From the IMG/VR virus record IMGVR_UViG_3300021963_000176, positions 1 through 51,559 of that record: a DNA stretch of 51,559 bases; one strand, 5' to 3'. The number at the start of each line of letters is the position of its first letter. The first letter of the stretch is position 1. Below the pieces are notes generated by a model, which did not search any database, was not told the origin of the DNA, and saw only the letters and a list, made by a program, of their open reading frames with translations. Source of the stretch: a virus (Duplodnaviria > Caudoviricetes). Positions 20,001 to 27,980 of the stretch are shown here, piece by piece. The translations under genes and the position numbers were made by a program.

Positions 20001-21724
20001 CACTTTATAAGGCACAAAATTCTTCTTCTTGGGTAGAAGATACAGTTGAAGATATCAAGTTTACTGCCAATAGAGCAGTTTTCTCAAGAGGATTAACTGC
20101 TAATGTAGAATTAGTCAATAAAGAATCAGGAACTGTTATTTTACCTAATAATCCTATTAGTATTGACAATACTATAGGAACTTCCTCAGTATTTGGTGGA
20201 AATGAAAAGATTTTAAGAATTTATCACCCAAATCATGGTATGAAATCTGGCGATGTTGTATTCTTAAGTGGTGTTAGTGGTATCGGAAGTCCAGAAAATG
20301 TTTTTGGTATACCAGTTTCTATTTTAAATGGTATGCATGACATTTTCAATGTTGGTCTTGATGATTATTGCATTTCGATTGATACTACATTATGGAACTC
20401 TATTCCAGTTACTTTGACAGGAAGTGGTTCTGGTGGAGGTTCTTTAGTAAGAGCAACTACAAATAAGTTATATCAAATAATTCAATCTCAAGTAGCAACT
20501 CTTGCATTTTCTTCATCTACATTATCACACGCAATCACTCCTACTAATGGAAAATCTGTCGATAGTACAACTACTAATGAATACACTTTAAGTAATGTCG
20601 TTAATATCGTCCCTGGAGAAAATTACTTCTTTGAGGATAGCAAAGTTATTGCTTCTAGTTTAAATGAAGTAAATTATGATGGGGTAAATCTTTTAAATGG
20701 AAGAAAAAGTTTGACATATACTTTATCAATGCAAACTGGGAGAGATAATGTTTCTCCAGTCATTGATTTGAAAAGAACAAATGTTATTACTGTCGGTAGT
20801 AGATTGGATAATCCAACAGGTGATGAATCTAGATATGGTGCAAGAAGTCAAGTCTTGAGTGTTTCTCCTTCTTCAACTTATAGTATTGCATCTACTCCTC
20901 AAGTAGTTAAAACAACCATAATAAATTTCACAAGTGCGGTTGGTGGTTCATTTGTAGTTACAACTGGTTCACCAACTGTTCTGAGTCAAGTTCAAGGTGG
21001 AACAATAGTAACTGGTGATATTGTTTCTGTGTCAGCAACTCAAATTAAAGTTATTAATACAACTGGAACTTTTGTATCTGGTCTTCAAATTTCGCAAACA
21101 ATTGGTCTTGCGACTATAACAACAACCCCGACTTCAGTTGTGAATAAGAGTGGAATCGTAACAGGGTGGGACTCTGGAATTGGTTCACTTAAAGTTAAGT
21201 TAACCAGCGAAACTCCATTTGCTGTAAATGATTATATTAATGATTATACTTCAACTCCAGTAGCACGACTGATTTCCGATGCTTCATCAACGAGAGGTTT
21301 CTTGTTTATTCCTGATACTGAACCAATTGGTTCTTCCGTTAAATCAAAGTATCTGACGAAAGAAGTAACTCTTGAAGCACCAGCAGAATCTCTTGATGTA
21401 AGAATTACTGCAAATCTCTTTGCTAACAGTGATATGAAGGTTATGTATAAGATTAAAGAAGATGGCAGTACTCAAGATTTCAACAGAATTGCTTGGAATT
21501 ACTTCAATAGTACTGGTTTTTCCGATAACAATGCAACTGCAATTCCAGACACATTAAATACTCAGTCACCAACTGCTGAAGATTTGAATTCCTATATCGA
21601 ATATAGATTTACTGCAAACGACCTAGCACCATTTAAGTCATTTGCAATTAAGATTGTATTTACTAGCAGCAATCCTGCTTATCCACCAAGAGTAGAAGAT
21701 CTCCGTGCAATTGCTCATTCATAA
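14096..21724 (+). CDS. DUF4815 / VrlC-like giant virion structural protein, 2542 aa
   Basis: MPQNTNLN.SPYFDDFD...NFYRVLFRPG.SIQ.RELT.LQSILQNQIE, L.DNA.GYSNF.APGAHRL, LARRTYDESGDY, NRRYTMRDIG.L.KRI..LEYYT.LSLLE, DP.AQTF, C-terminal PPRV.DLRAIA. Confidence 0.9.
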   Translation: MPQNTNLNRSPYFDDFDPIKNFYRVLFRPGYSIQSRELTSLQSILQNQIEQLSKSRFKQGSIVVPGEIIYDDRYDYVKLSSFTNNLLITDYIGTRVTGSVSGLVATVVNATAATATDSSTFFVKYENSGSSTTATRFTEGETLTANSPGSPTAIVGITGTARPTSTPAVGSGSAVTVNEGVYFINGTLVRTDRQTVILDKYGNTPSYKVGFVVSETLVTPEEDFSLLDNAQGYSNFTAPGAHRLKITVTLAKRTLDFPEQRDFVQLLLIQGGVLRQTVETADNTLFEDVLARRTYDESGDYVVRDFNLGLREHLNTGSNNGVYLDTAGGDAGKFVAELSPGKAYVRGYEIETTSTRYVEINKARDVATNSNVALSILDGPNFTIRNLYGFPDIENIAGGGVITTTKSFTEIKLFNNFSDGMFGDTSYGDDITAPSDENTWIITVTGGGLSAIASAAAGGTWSIAAAPGGPINGVIKNFAVNSANTFATLVVTKTGVGIFRAGATVSITTTAGSVSPTLQTYEKISTSFIGTSKTKYVRLLNPGSTTSNVFDSLSTTFKLGLFNTNYTTKIICKNDVNFFTGGTNLAIGYYVFGQSSGATGILESYSADTREIILSNVKGSFRPGETIITETIGTSTPVNFIEPEGTIEYFKKVSGGAGYTTASGVTVFINGVDKTSVIGSSNINVSGGEINSIELTNSIRDSLGSSYTTPPIVTISGGTGTGASFVAITNNSTVVNFDSSYARSFFGSTTGNYFSGDISSVQDDYVISNGDLFSATDGDLFIRADNLGARPDTELVSGDIIRIVNNVGVTNKYIVKQSVRDSGTATARIYVYGKVLSTFSAKTITRIRTRLNGLTSDTNIIPFANKNVSTAVLNPGSNTDINYTIQKEFIDTLDGSGSKTLTVLTNESFINDTYVFSLLTSNPSIPAISAGSLVDISSSVTNTGSALTINLGASYAGLQFKLITTVRKTDTTPKTKTLFLDATQNIDSDFTNEIIPLRYADGYRLKGVYMSTTGAAATINDINVTDSFTFDGGQRETYYDLARIIRKPGVPVPTNKLLIVFDYFRHVGSGDYFVVDSYTNIDYGDIPTFNSSVHGLISLSDVVDFRPRVSDYDETSGSVVPGFANRSIVNSVEFDATGSSASSIPLFGQSFDTGYRYYLNRIDSIYINKSGRFVVASGTPSLNPQVPSSIDDAILLYTLNIPAYTANVSDIKIRSFDNRRYTMRDIGKLVKRIEKLEYYTTLSLLEQDTFNAQVRDENGNERFKNGIIVDNFEGHNVGNTLSTDYACSVDTQTGILRPSFYASQTELIENNLTDAQRAANGYRKTGDLITLPYTEQSTIVNQFATRNLTINPGRASRYAGVMTLEPNIDEWRDTVTPPELIVNENSVFDTIRNNSTDLWGSIWNDWQFAWTGTQSYNLTNSTTTISNGIAQFGDNTTNLVRGSTRTRSRNGTQNRLTPYGSAVNAVGERVVANVYNPYIRSRVISFVARGLEPNTRLYAFFDGIDVNSWISPDNVNGPLTPFTGVAGYAELGFGEPITTDANGNVSGQFLVPNGYAPISGRRVLDLTTSPQTFYQTSGEQRRFTAGSKVLRLTSSSSNTSDQTNVNTFVESEYVVSGSPETTLGSVQSTRVPSISRRSISNSDTVQFVGTNRVNVNQSGLLDPIAQTFEVSGFDEGLFLTSLDLYFENKTTSSGTDTDRPVTVYMTETTAGVPTRRTLPFSEVTLNPDTVLRIRTTNTVSPAVSFTAGATVTGVSSGATGEIKTTQLVNDPNTRYNLVLRNHNGISFIPGEQLTLNVSPAITSTQFFIDLDSGQVESIKITDFGSGYSSTAGAVTVTITGDNGGAFGTPAAASADVYNGRVYNVRVTSKGSGYYTAPSVTIVATSGTGATAQAILKITNPAVKMGIAVSTDATVKTRFTFPSPVYLANNSTYAFVVSSTSPDYRIYTSRVGEALLASTVLATNQPGVGSLYKAQNSSSWVEDTVEDIKFTANRAVFSRGLTANVELVNKESGTVILPNNPISIDNTIGTSSVFGGNEKILRIYHPNHGMKSGDVVFLSGVSGIGSPENVFGIPVSILNGMHDIFNVGLDDYCISIDTTLWNSIPVTLTGSGSGGGSLVRATTNKLYQIIQSQVATLAFSSSTLSHAITPTNGKSVDSTTTNEYTLSNVVNIVPGENYFFEDSKVIASSLNEVNYDGVNLLNGRKSLTYTLSMQTGRDNVSPVIDLKRTNVITVGSRLDNPTGDESRYGARSQVLSVSPSSTYSIASTPQVVKTTIINFTSAVGGSFVVTTGSPTVLSQVQGGTIVTGDIVSVSATQIKVINTTGTFVSGLQISQTIGLATITTTPTSVVNKSGIVTGWDSGIGSLKVKLTSETPFAVNDYINDYTSTPVARLISDASSTRGFLFIPDTEPIGSSVKSKYLTKEVTLEAPAESLDVRITANLFANSDMKVMYKIKEDGSTQDFNRIAWNYFNSTGFSDNNATAIPDTLNTQSPTAEDLNSYIEYRFTANDLAPFKSFAIKIVFTSSNPAYPPRVEDLRAIAHS

Positions 21725-21927
21725 TGGACAAGTATAAAGTAGAGGGTCACACTGACCTTTATCGTGATATGAATTCAGGTGCCATCATTAATTCAAATTA
21801 TGATGAGTACCTAAAATATAAAAAGGCAAAGGCAAACCGTGACAATATGGTTAATGAGATAAATACTTTGAAGCAAGAACTTGATGAAATCAAGCAATTA
21901 TTAAAGCAACTTACCAATGGCAATTAG
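21724..21927 (+). CDS. Conserved hypothetical protein, 67 aa, with C-terminal coiled coil
   Basis: KVEGH..LYRD..SGAIIN....EY..Y + EI..LK.EL.EIK.LL; TAATG coupling to the DUF4815 gene. Confidence 0.8.
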   Translation: MDKYKVEGHTDLYRDMNSGAIINSNYDEYLKYKKAKANRDNMVNEINTLKQELDEIKQLLKQLTNGN

Positions 21928-24163
21928 AGAAGTTTTACTCAGCAATACTTTTGAGCAACAGCGTCAGTTAATCAATCTGATTGGAACTGATATTGGTGAT
22001 TGTCAAAACTTAGTTACACCGTCAAAAGTAGTTACTACTTCTGTTAATCAGGTAGTTGCTGGTTTTGTTACTCTTTCTGGACAAACAATTCAACTTGAAG
22101 ATGGTACTTTAGCAGCACCTAGTTTATCTTTTGATAGTACAACTAATTTAGGTCTTTATAAGGTAGATGCAAATACTCTTGGTGTTACAAAAAGTCTTTA
22201 TGTTGCTAGTGGTCTTACTGTAGAAGGAGATATCACTTTTAGAGCTGGTAATGGTAGTGCAGGAACAATTATCTTTGGTGATTTAAATACCGATAATATC
22301 GTATTTAATGCAGATTTAAATTCTCACGCTATTCCCAATTTTGATAACACCTATGATTTAGGTACATCATCTCAGGAATGGAGAGACCTTTATATCGATG
22401 GAACTGCTTATATTGATACTCTTCAGGTCGATGAAAATCTTACTGTTACAGGAGATGTTGCAGTAAATGGTGGTGACATTACAACTACTGCATCTGGCGT
22501 AACGGTATTTAACTCATCAGCAACAACTGCATCTATTTTTGGTGATGCTACTTCTATTACTTTAGGTGCAACAACAGGAACTTTAACTTTAAGAAATCCA
22601 GTTGTTGTTGGCACAAGCACTACTCAAACACTTTATAATACTGTAGCGACAACGGTAAATGCTTTCGGTGCAGCATATAATGTGACTATGGGTGTTACTG
22701 CTCCTAGTGGGGTTCCAAATACTAATTTTAGAATTAGAAGTGATGATACGGTATTAGATGGTGATTTAAATGTTAATGGCGGAGAAATTCTTTCAAGTCA
22801 AAATTCTTTTAATTTATTAATTAATAATAGTGATATTAGAATTGGTTCCGCAATTGGAACTGGAAGCACTGTAATTAATAATTCTCTCAAGATTAAAGGA
22901 ACTACCCTTGATTTAACAGATCAAACATTTACTGTTTCATTAAGAGACAATATAAATCCTGCTTTAATATTTAGAGAAGGAACTAATGATTATTTAAGTT
23001 TTCAGACAAGTGATACTCTTGAAAAAGTAATCTTCCATAAAGATGCTAGTTTTACACAAAATGCCATTTTTAGTGATAGTAGATTTTTGTATTTTGGTGA
23101 TGGTAATGATTTAGCAATCTATCACGATGGTTCTGATAGTTATATCAGAGACCAAGGAACTGGAAACCTTTATATTCAAGGAACTAATAATGTTTCTATC
23201 AGAAAAGATGATGGTTCTGAAGTTATGGCGGTATTTAATGCCGATGGTGCCTCAGAACTTTATTTTAATAATTCTAAGAAACTTGAAACCACAACTGCTG
23301 GTATAACAGTAACTGGAGATATTACTGCTTCTGGATTGACTCTTTCTGGTGATTTAATCGTAAATGGAACGACGACAACAATTAATTCTACTGTTTTAAG
23401 TATTGATGATGTTAATATTATACTTGCTGATGGTGCTTCAACCTCAGCAGCAGTGGATGGTGCTGGTATTACGCTTGGAACTACTGGTATTACTTTTACT
23501 TATTCAGACACTGGAACTCGCTGGTCATCAACAGAAAACTTAAATATTGCCACAGGAAAAACTTATCAAATTGCAGGAACTACAGTTCTTTCTGCTACTC
23601 AAGTATTAGGAAAAGGATTTACTAATGCTGCTGGCGAAATCGTAACAACTGATGAAACTCAAACATTATCAAATAAAACTTTAACCACACCAACTATTTC
23701 AAGTATCCTGAATACAGGAACACTTACGTTACCGACATCTACAGATACATTAGTTGGTAGAGCAACAAATGATACTCTCACCAATAAAACATTAACATCA
23801 CCATCAGTAAATGGTGCAATCGAAGGAAATGCAAGTTCAACTACTGATGCAGATGCCACAGTTAATGCTGCAACAACTTCTTTATATGCTTATATTCAAA
23901 GTGCCAGCACAACTGCAAGAACAATCAATGTCAGTAATCTCGTTGCTGGAAGAAGAGTAACTATGTATTTAAGAAATACTAATGCGGGTGCAAAAACAGT
24001 TAACATTGCAGCGAGCACTACTACGACAGGTTTTGCTGCAGTAAACTTAGGTGGTTCTAAAGGTGGTGCTTCGCAGACAAGTGTATCTTTATCAGCTACT
24101 AATGGAACTACAGTTATTGAAGTATTTAATGCAAACGGTGTAATTGGTGGATACCTCACATAA
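21917..24163 (+). CDS. Tail fibre-like structural protein, 748 aa
   Basis: N-terminal TFEQQRQ.IN; fibre motifs DG...APSLSF, IP..DNTYDLG....W..LY, FGDGNDL.IYHDG.DSYI.D.GTGNL, NGTTTTINST, TL(S/T)NKTLT repeats. Confidence 0.8.
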   Translation: MAIREVLLSNTFEQQRQLINLIGTDIGDCQNLVTPSKVVTTSVNQVVAGFVTLSGQTIQLEDGTLAAPSLSFDSTTNLGLYKVDANTLGVTKSLYVASGLTVEGDITFRAGNGSAGTIIFGDLNTDNIVFNADLNSHAIPNFDNTYDLGTSSQEWRDLYIDGTAYIDTLQVDENLTVTGDVAVNGGDITTTASGVTVFNSSATTASIFGDATSITLGATTGTLTLRNPVVVGTSTTQTLYNTVATTVNAFGAAYNVTMGVTAPSGVPNTNFRIRSDDTVLDGDLNVNGGEILSSQNSFNLLINNSDIRIGSAIGTGSTVINNSLKIKGTTLDLTDQTFTVSLRDNINPALIFREGTNDYLSFQTSDTLEKVIFHKDASFTQNAIFSDSRFLYFGDGNDLAIYHDGSDSYIRDQGTGNLYIQGTNNVSIRKDDGSEVMAVFNADGASELYFNNSKKLETTTAGITVTGDITASGLTLSGDLIVNGTTTTINSTVLSIDDVNIILADGASTSAAVDGAGITLGTTGITFTYSDTGTRWSSTENLNIATGKTYQIAGTTVLSATQVLGKGFTNAAGEIVTTDETQTLSNKTLTTPTISSILNTGTLTLPTSTDTLVGRATNDTLTNKTLTSPSVNGAIEGNASSTTDADATVNAATTSLYAYIQSASTTARTINVSNLVAGRRVTMYLRNTNAGAKTVNIAASTTTTGFAAVNLGGSKGGASQTSVSLSATNGTTVIEVFNANGVIGGYLT

Positions 24164-24169
24164 TTCTCC

Positions 24170-24198
24170 TTGACAACTCTTATAAATTATAGTATGAT
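24170..24198 (+). promoter_or_regulatory. Sigma70-type promoter with a late-promoter-like box in its spacer
   Basis: TTGACA (24170-75), 17 nt, TATGAT (24193-98); TATAAATT at 24181-88 is one mismatch from TATAAATA. Confidence 0.75.
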
Positions 24199-24221
24199 GT
24201 ATATGAAAAATTGTCATTTCT

Positions 24222-25418
24222 ATGAGCAAGAAAAAATTATTGTGGATTGGTGACTGTGTTATTCCGAGTGGATTTGGCAGGGTATCAGAATCCATTCTGA
24301 CCAGAATTCATTCAAAGTATGATACTCACGTAATGGGTATCAATTATTTTGGTCAAAAACACGAGTTTCCTTTTAAGATCTTTGCTGCTAGCACTAAAGG
24401 TGGTGGTGCAGACCCCTACGGGTTTCAATATATAGAAGAACTTTATAACGCTATTAAACCAGATGTCATTGTAGCGTTCAATGATGTCTGGATTCTTAAT
24501 ATGTATTGGGAAAAACTTAACAAATATAAAGAAGAAGATAATTTTAAGTGGATTAATTATTTTCCTGTTGATGGTGGAGGATGGTTTGTTCCAGTCGTGA
24601 AGTGGATGGAAAAAACAGATCTTTGTGTGACATATACAAACTATGCTAAGAATGTGATTCTTGAAGCTGAATACGACGGGCGTATTGAAACTTTAGAACA
24701 CGGTGTTGACACTCAAACCTTTTTTCCAATGGATAAGAAGCAATGTCGTTCTATTATTGGAAAGATGCAAGATGATGATTTTATTGTGTTTAATGGTAAT
24801 CGCAATCAACCTCGCAAAAGAATTGATCTAACTATTATGGCATTTGCTAGATTTGCCGTAGATAAACCAAATGCTAAATTATATCTTCATATGGGTGTTA
24901 AGGATTGTGGGTGGGATATTGTTCCACTTTTCAATGCTGAAATGAAAAAGAATGGTCTAGACCCCCAAGGAAGACTGTATCTTTCTGGTCTAGAAATGAC
25001 TCCAGAAAAAAATACCATTACATCTGAAGTTCTCAACATCATTTATAACTCAGTTGATGTTGGTGTAAATACCTCTGAGGGGGAAGGTTGGGGTCTTGTT
25101 CCTTTTGAACACGCCGCAACTGGATGTCCTCAAGTAGTTCCCAACTATGCTGCAAGTGCAGAATTGTTCAAAAATTCTGGTAGTTTAGTTGATATTGCTT
25201 TTATGGGCAAAGATATTAACTACGGAATTGATAGAGCATATGTATCAGTAGATGGAATGGTAGAAGAACTTAATAAACTTTATAATGATAAAAAACATTA
25301 TGAATCCTGTTCCAAAAAATGTCTGGCCATGACTCAAAGACCAGAATATAAATGGGATAATATTGCTAAAAAAATGAACAAATACATTTCCTCTGTACTT
25401 AAGAACGATGAATCATAA
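24222..25418 (+). CDS. Glycosyltransferase, GT-B fold, family GT4
   Basis: N-terminal KKLLWIGD....SGFGRV, PDVI, HGVD..TFFP, NRNQPRKRID, and the GT4 E-x7-E motif (YNSVDVGVNTSEGEGWGLVPFE). Confidence 0.92.
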   Translation: MSKKKLLWIGDCVIPSGFGRVSESILTRIHSKYDTHVMGINYFGQKHEFPFKIFAASTKGGGADPYGFQYIEELYNAIKPDVIVAFNDVWILNMYWEKLNKYKEEDNFKWINYFPVDGGGWFVPVVKWMEKTDLCVTYTNYAKNVILEAEYDGRIETLEHGVDTQTFFPMDKKQCRSIIGKMQDDDFIVFNGNRNQPRKRIDLTIMAFARFAVDKPNAKLYLHMGVKDCGWDIVPLFNAEMKKNGLDPQGRLYLSGLEMTPEKNTITSEVLNIIYNSVDVGVNTSEGEGWGLVPFEHAATGCPQVVPNYAASAELFKNSGSLVDIAFMGKDINYGIDRAYVSVDGMVEELNKLYNDKKHYESCSKKCLAMTQRPEYKWDNIAKKMNKYISSVLKNDES

Positions 25419-25593
25419 CGAACTCAAAGAAAATTTCACTAATCAATTTAATACTGCTCTTGATGAAATTAAAAATCTTGAAGCACAATTGACTGCTAAA
25501 CGAGAAATGGCGCTTAAACTTAAAGGTGCTATTGAGGCACTTTCACTTCTAGAAGGTGAAACCAATAACAAAGAAGAATCTTCAGAAGAGTGA
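25408..25593 (+). CDS. Small coiled-coil hypothetical protein, 61 aa
   Basis: Overlaps the GT stop; heptad pattern ending LKLKGAIEAL..L. Confidence 0.7.
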   Translation: MNHNELKENFTNQFNTALDEIKNLEAQLTAKREMALKLKGAIEALSLLEGETNNKEESSEE

Positions 25594-25600
25594 TAAATAC

Positions 25601-25637
25601 AGACCTTCCTTATAAATAACAAGGAAGGTCTTTTTTT
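25601..25637 (+). terminator. Intrinsic terminator closing the glycosyltransferase cassette
   Basis: 11-bp perfect stem AGACCTTCCTT (25601-11) / AAGGAAGGTCT (25621-31) followed by a T run. Confidence 0.88.
25611..25618 (+). promoter_or_regulatory. T4-type late promoter inside the terminator loop
   Basis: Exact TATAAATA; a second variant, GATAAATA, at 25592-99. Confidence 0.8.
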
Positions 25638-25642
25638 ATTAG

Positions 25643-25978
25643 ATGTCTGCAATTACAATCAACATAGTGATAGAACAAGGGTCTGATTTTGCAGCGACCT
25701 TTACCATTAAGAATGCAGATAATTCTTACCTAAATCTTCTTGGTTTTACTGCTGAAAGTAAAATGAAGAAGAGTTATTATACGAGTAGTAACAGTGTACC
25801 ATTAAATATAACATTTGTTGACAGGGCAAAGGGTATAATTAAGTTATCTCTTTCATCTACAGTGACTACAACTCTAAAACCTAAAAGATATGTTTATGAC
25901 ATTGTTTTAACTTCTCCCAGTGGAATTAAAACAAGAGTAATAGAAGGTATAGCAACAGTAACTCCAGGTGTAACATAA
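25643..25978 (+). CDS. Small virion structural protein, Ig-like, 111 aa
   Basis: N..IEQG.DF..TFT.......LNL.G.T....M.K.Y ... G.I.LSL....T..LKP.RYVYDI ... RV.EG...V.PGVT; a family common in cyanophage structural clusters. Confidence 0.78.
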   Translation: MSAITINIVIEQGSDFAATFTIKNADNSYLNLLGFTAESKMKKSYYTSSNSVPLNITFVDRAKGIIKLSLSSTVTTTLKPKRYVYDIVLTSPSGIKTRVIEGIATVTPGVT

Positions 25979-26682
25979 TGTCTGATTATCAGGTAACACT
26001 AAACACACCACAATATAATATAGTATCTGATAGTCCAGATCAATATAGTATAGGATTAAATTACGAAGCTCCTTCAAAAGGAATACAATATCAAAATTTA
26101 ATCATTGATGATTTATCTTCTCAGTTTGATTGTATTAGAACAACTTTTACATTACAGGTAAATAACGTTAATTATAATGCACTAAATGACCAACAATTAA
26201 TTATTTCATTGAATAATGTCATTCTTCAACCTGGAGTAGGATATACTGTATCTGGAAATCAGATAACTTTTGCTACAGCACCTTGTAATGTTCCATTTTT
26301 TGGAATTGCACTTGCAAATACTGCTGATTTAACCAGAACTATTAATTATGTGGTTGATAATGGTTCTTTACCAATGACTGCTGGAAATAAAGGTTATATA
26401 ACTATTGATGTTACTGGTATAATTGAATCTTGGGTTATTATTGCTGATAAATCTGGAGATTTAGTAGTAGATGTCCGAAAATCATCATACCAAAATTATC
26501 CAAATTTAGTAAGTATTTGTGGGAATAATTTTCCTAATTTACAAAATCAATCTAAAAACAGTGACAATAATCTTGTTGGATGGACTACTACTTTAAATGC
26601 TGGAGATATTCTTAGTTATGAAGTGATATCATCTACTCCCAATATAAACAAGTTCAATATCTCTTTTAAAGTAAAATTATAA
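25978..26682 (+). CDS. Putative virion structural protein, 234 aa
   Basis: Contains the DDLSSQF....TF.L...L.ISLN.V...PG..YTV....ITF..AP module also repeated in the gp7 C-terminus, plus a beta-rich C-terminal domain. Confidence 0.72.
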   Translation: MSDYQVTLNTPQYNIVSDSPDQYSIGLNYEAPSKGIQYQNLIIDDLSSQFDCIRTTFTLQVNNVNYNALNDQQLIISLNNVILQPGVGYTVSGNQITFATAPCNVPFFGIALANTADLTRTINYVVDNGSLPMTAGNKGYITIDVTGIIESWVIIADKSGDLVVDVRKSSYQNYPNLVSICGNNFPNLQNQSKNSDNNLVGWTTTLNAGDILSYEVISSTPNINKFNISFKVKL

Positions 26683-26685
26683 ATA
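26678..26685 (+). promoter_or_regulatory. T4-type late promoter
   Basis: Exact TATAAATA overlapping the upstream stop; GGAGGA SD before ATG 26730. Confidence 0.8.
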
Positions 26686-26729
26686 TAAACAGATATTAAA
26701 TAGAAACAACTTCCTGGAGGAACTTTTAA

Positions 26730-27905
26730 ATGGCACTTTTAGTACCTAATATCGGTGAATTAGATTCTCTTCGTACTTTGCTTAATGCAACTCAGAATAT
26801 TCCCAGAAATTTAATTCTGAAACTCTTTACATCAAATACTACACCAGCTGAGGGAGATGTCCCTTCAGCAACAGCATATTTTGAACCATATGCTGATGGA
26901 AATACTAATGGTTATGGTACTGCACCAAATACTGGTTATCCTGCTTGCGTAAATAACCGTTCTGACCAAAGTTATACCAACAACTATGGTATTCTTCTGA
27001 ATGGTAGCAGATGGGCTATTACTACTGCAGGTGATCCTGTAGCTTCTGCAACTGCTAGTGGAAATACTGGCGGTTATGAAATTACTTTAAGCAACCTTTC
27101 TGGTTCTGTAAGTGTAGGTAACCTTGTTTCAGCAACAGGCGTTGCTTCAGGTGCAAAAGTTTCTCGTGTATCAGGAAGCACTGTAATTCTCAACATCGCA
27201 AACATTGGTCCTGTAAGTGGTGCTGTTAACTTCAGTGGTGGGGTAACGACTGCTACATATCCAGAGCAAACATTTACATTTACTGCTCCTGCTGGTAATG
27301 TTTATGGATATTATCTGGTAAGAGCAAACAATATGCCTCTCACCATTCAAGGTGTTGCTGATGCTGCTACAGTTGCTGCTGGAACACAATTAACCAAGGG
27401 TGACAATAGTAATCCTTGTATTGGTGTTGTTGGTAATAACTTCATCACTCTGCCTAACGTTGCAGGTATTATGGATGATATCACAAACGGAATGGTAGTA
27501 GGAGGAAACAACGCTGTTCCTGGTGGAACTAAAATCATTGGAGTAGATCGTTTACAGAGAATTATTTACTTGAGTGCAAACCTCACAGATAACATTCAGG
27601 TTGCTACTGACTCTAGCATTACTCTTGATTACTCTAAAGTAACTGCAACTTCACATGGTCTTGTTCCTGGTGATGTTATCTACATCGCTCGTGGTACTGC
27701 TAATACTACAACTACTGCAGGAACATACACTGTATTTTCAACACCTAGTGGAAACGAATTTACTGTCACTCCATCTCTTGATGGAACTGGTGCTGCAACC
27801 CTTTATAGCAGCATTATGTACGCTGAGCGTTTTACTAATGGTCCATACCCAATCCAAAACAATGGTGACCAAATTAAGGTTACTCTGAACGTCAGCCTCG
27901 ACTGA
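26730..27905 (+). CDS. Putative abundant virion fibre subunit, 391 aa
   Basis: Own late promoter, strong SD and terminator. Core LKLFTSNTTP.E.D...ATYPEQTFTFT...NVYGYY...YAERF...P..I...GD.I.VT is interrupted by three small beta modules. Confidence 0.7.
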   Translation: MALLVPNIGELDSLRTLLNATQNIPRNLILKLFTSNTTPAEGDVPSATAYFEPYADGNTNGYGTAPNTGYPACVNNRSDQSYTNNYGILLNGSRWAITTAGDPVASATASGNTGGYEITLSNLSGSVSVGNLVSATGVASGAKVSRVSGSTVILNIANIGPVSGAVNFSGGVTTATYPEQTFTFTAPAGNVYGYYLVRANNMPLTIQGVADAATVAAGTQLTKGDNSNPCIGVVGNNFITLPNVAGIMDDITNGMVVGGNNAVPGGTKIIGVDRLQRIIYLSANLTDNIQVATDSSITLDYSKVTATSHGLVPGDVIYIARGTANTTTTAGTYTVFSTPSGNEFTVTPSLDGTGAATLYSSIMYAERFTNGPYPIQNNGDQIKVTLNVSLD

Positions 27906-27938
27906 TTTATTGAACATTCAAACTATATTATAAAATTT

Positions 27939-27963
27939 AAAGGGGGACTAGTTCCCCCTTTTT
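27939..27963 (+). terminator. Intrinsic terminator after the 391-aa gene
   Basis: AAAGGGGGA / TCCCCCTTT stem, loop CTAGT, T5 tract. Confidence 0.82.
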
Positions 27964-27980
27964 AATGCTAGTAGTAGAAG

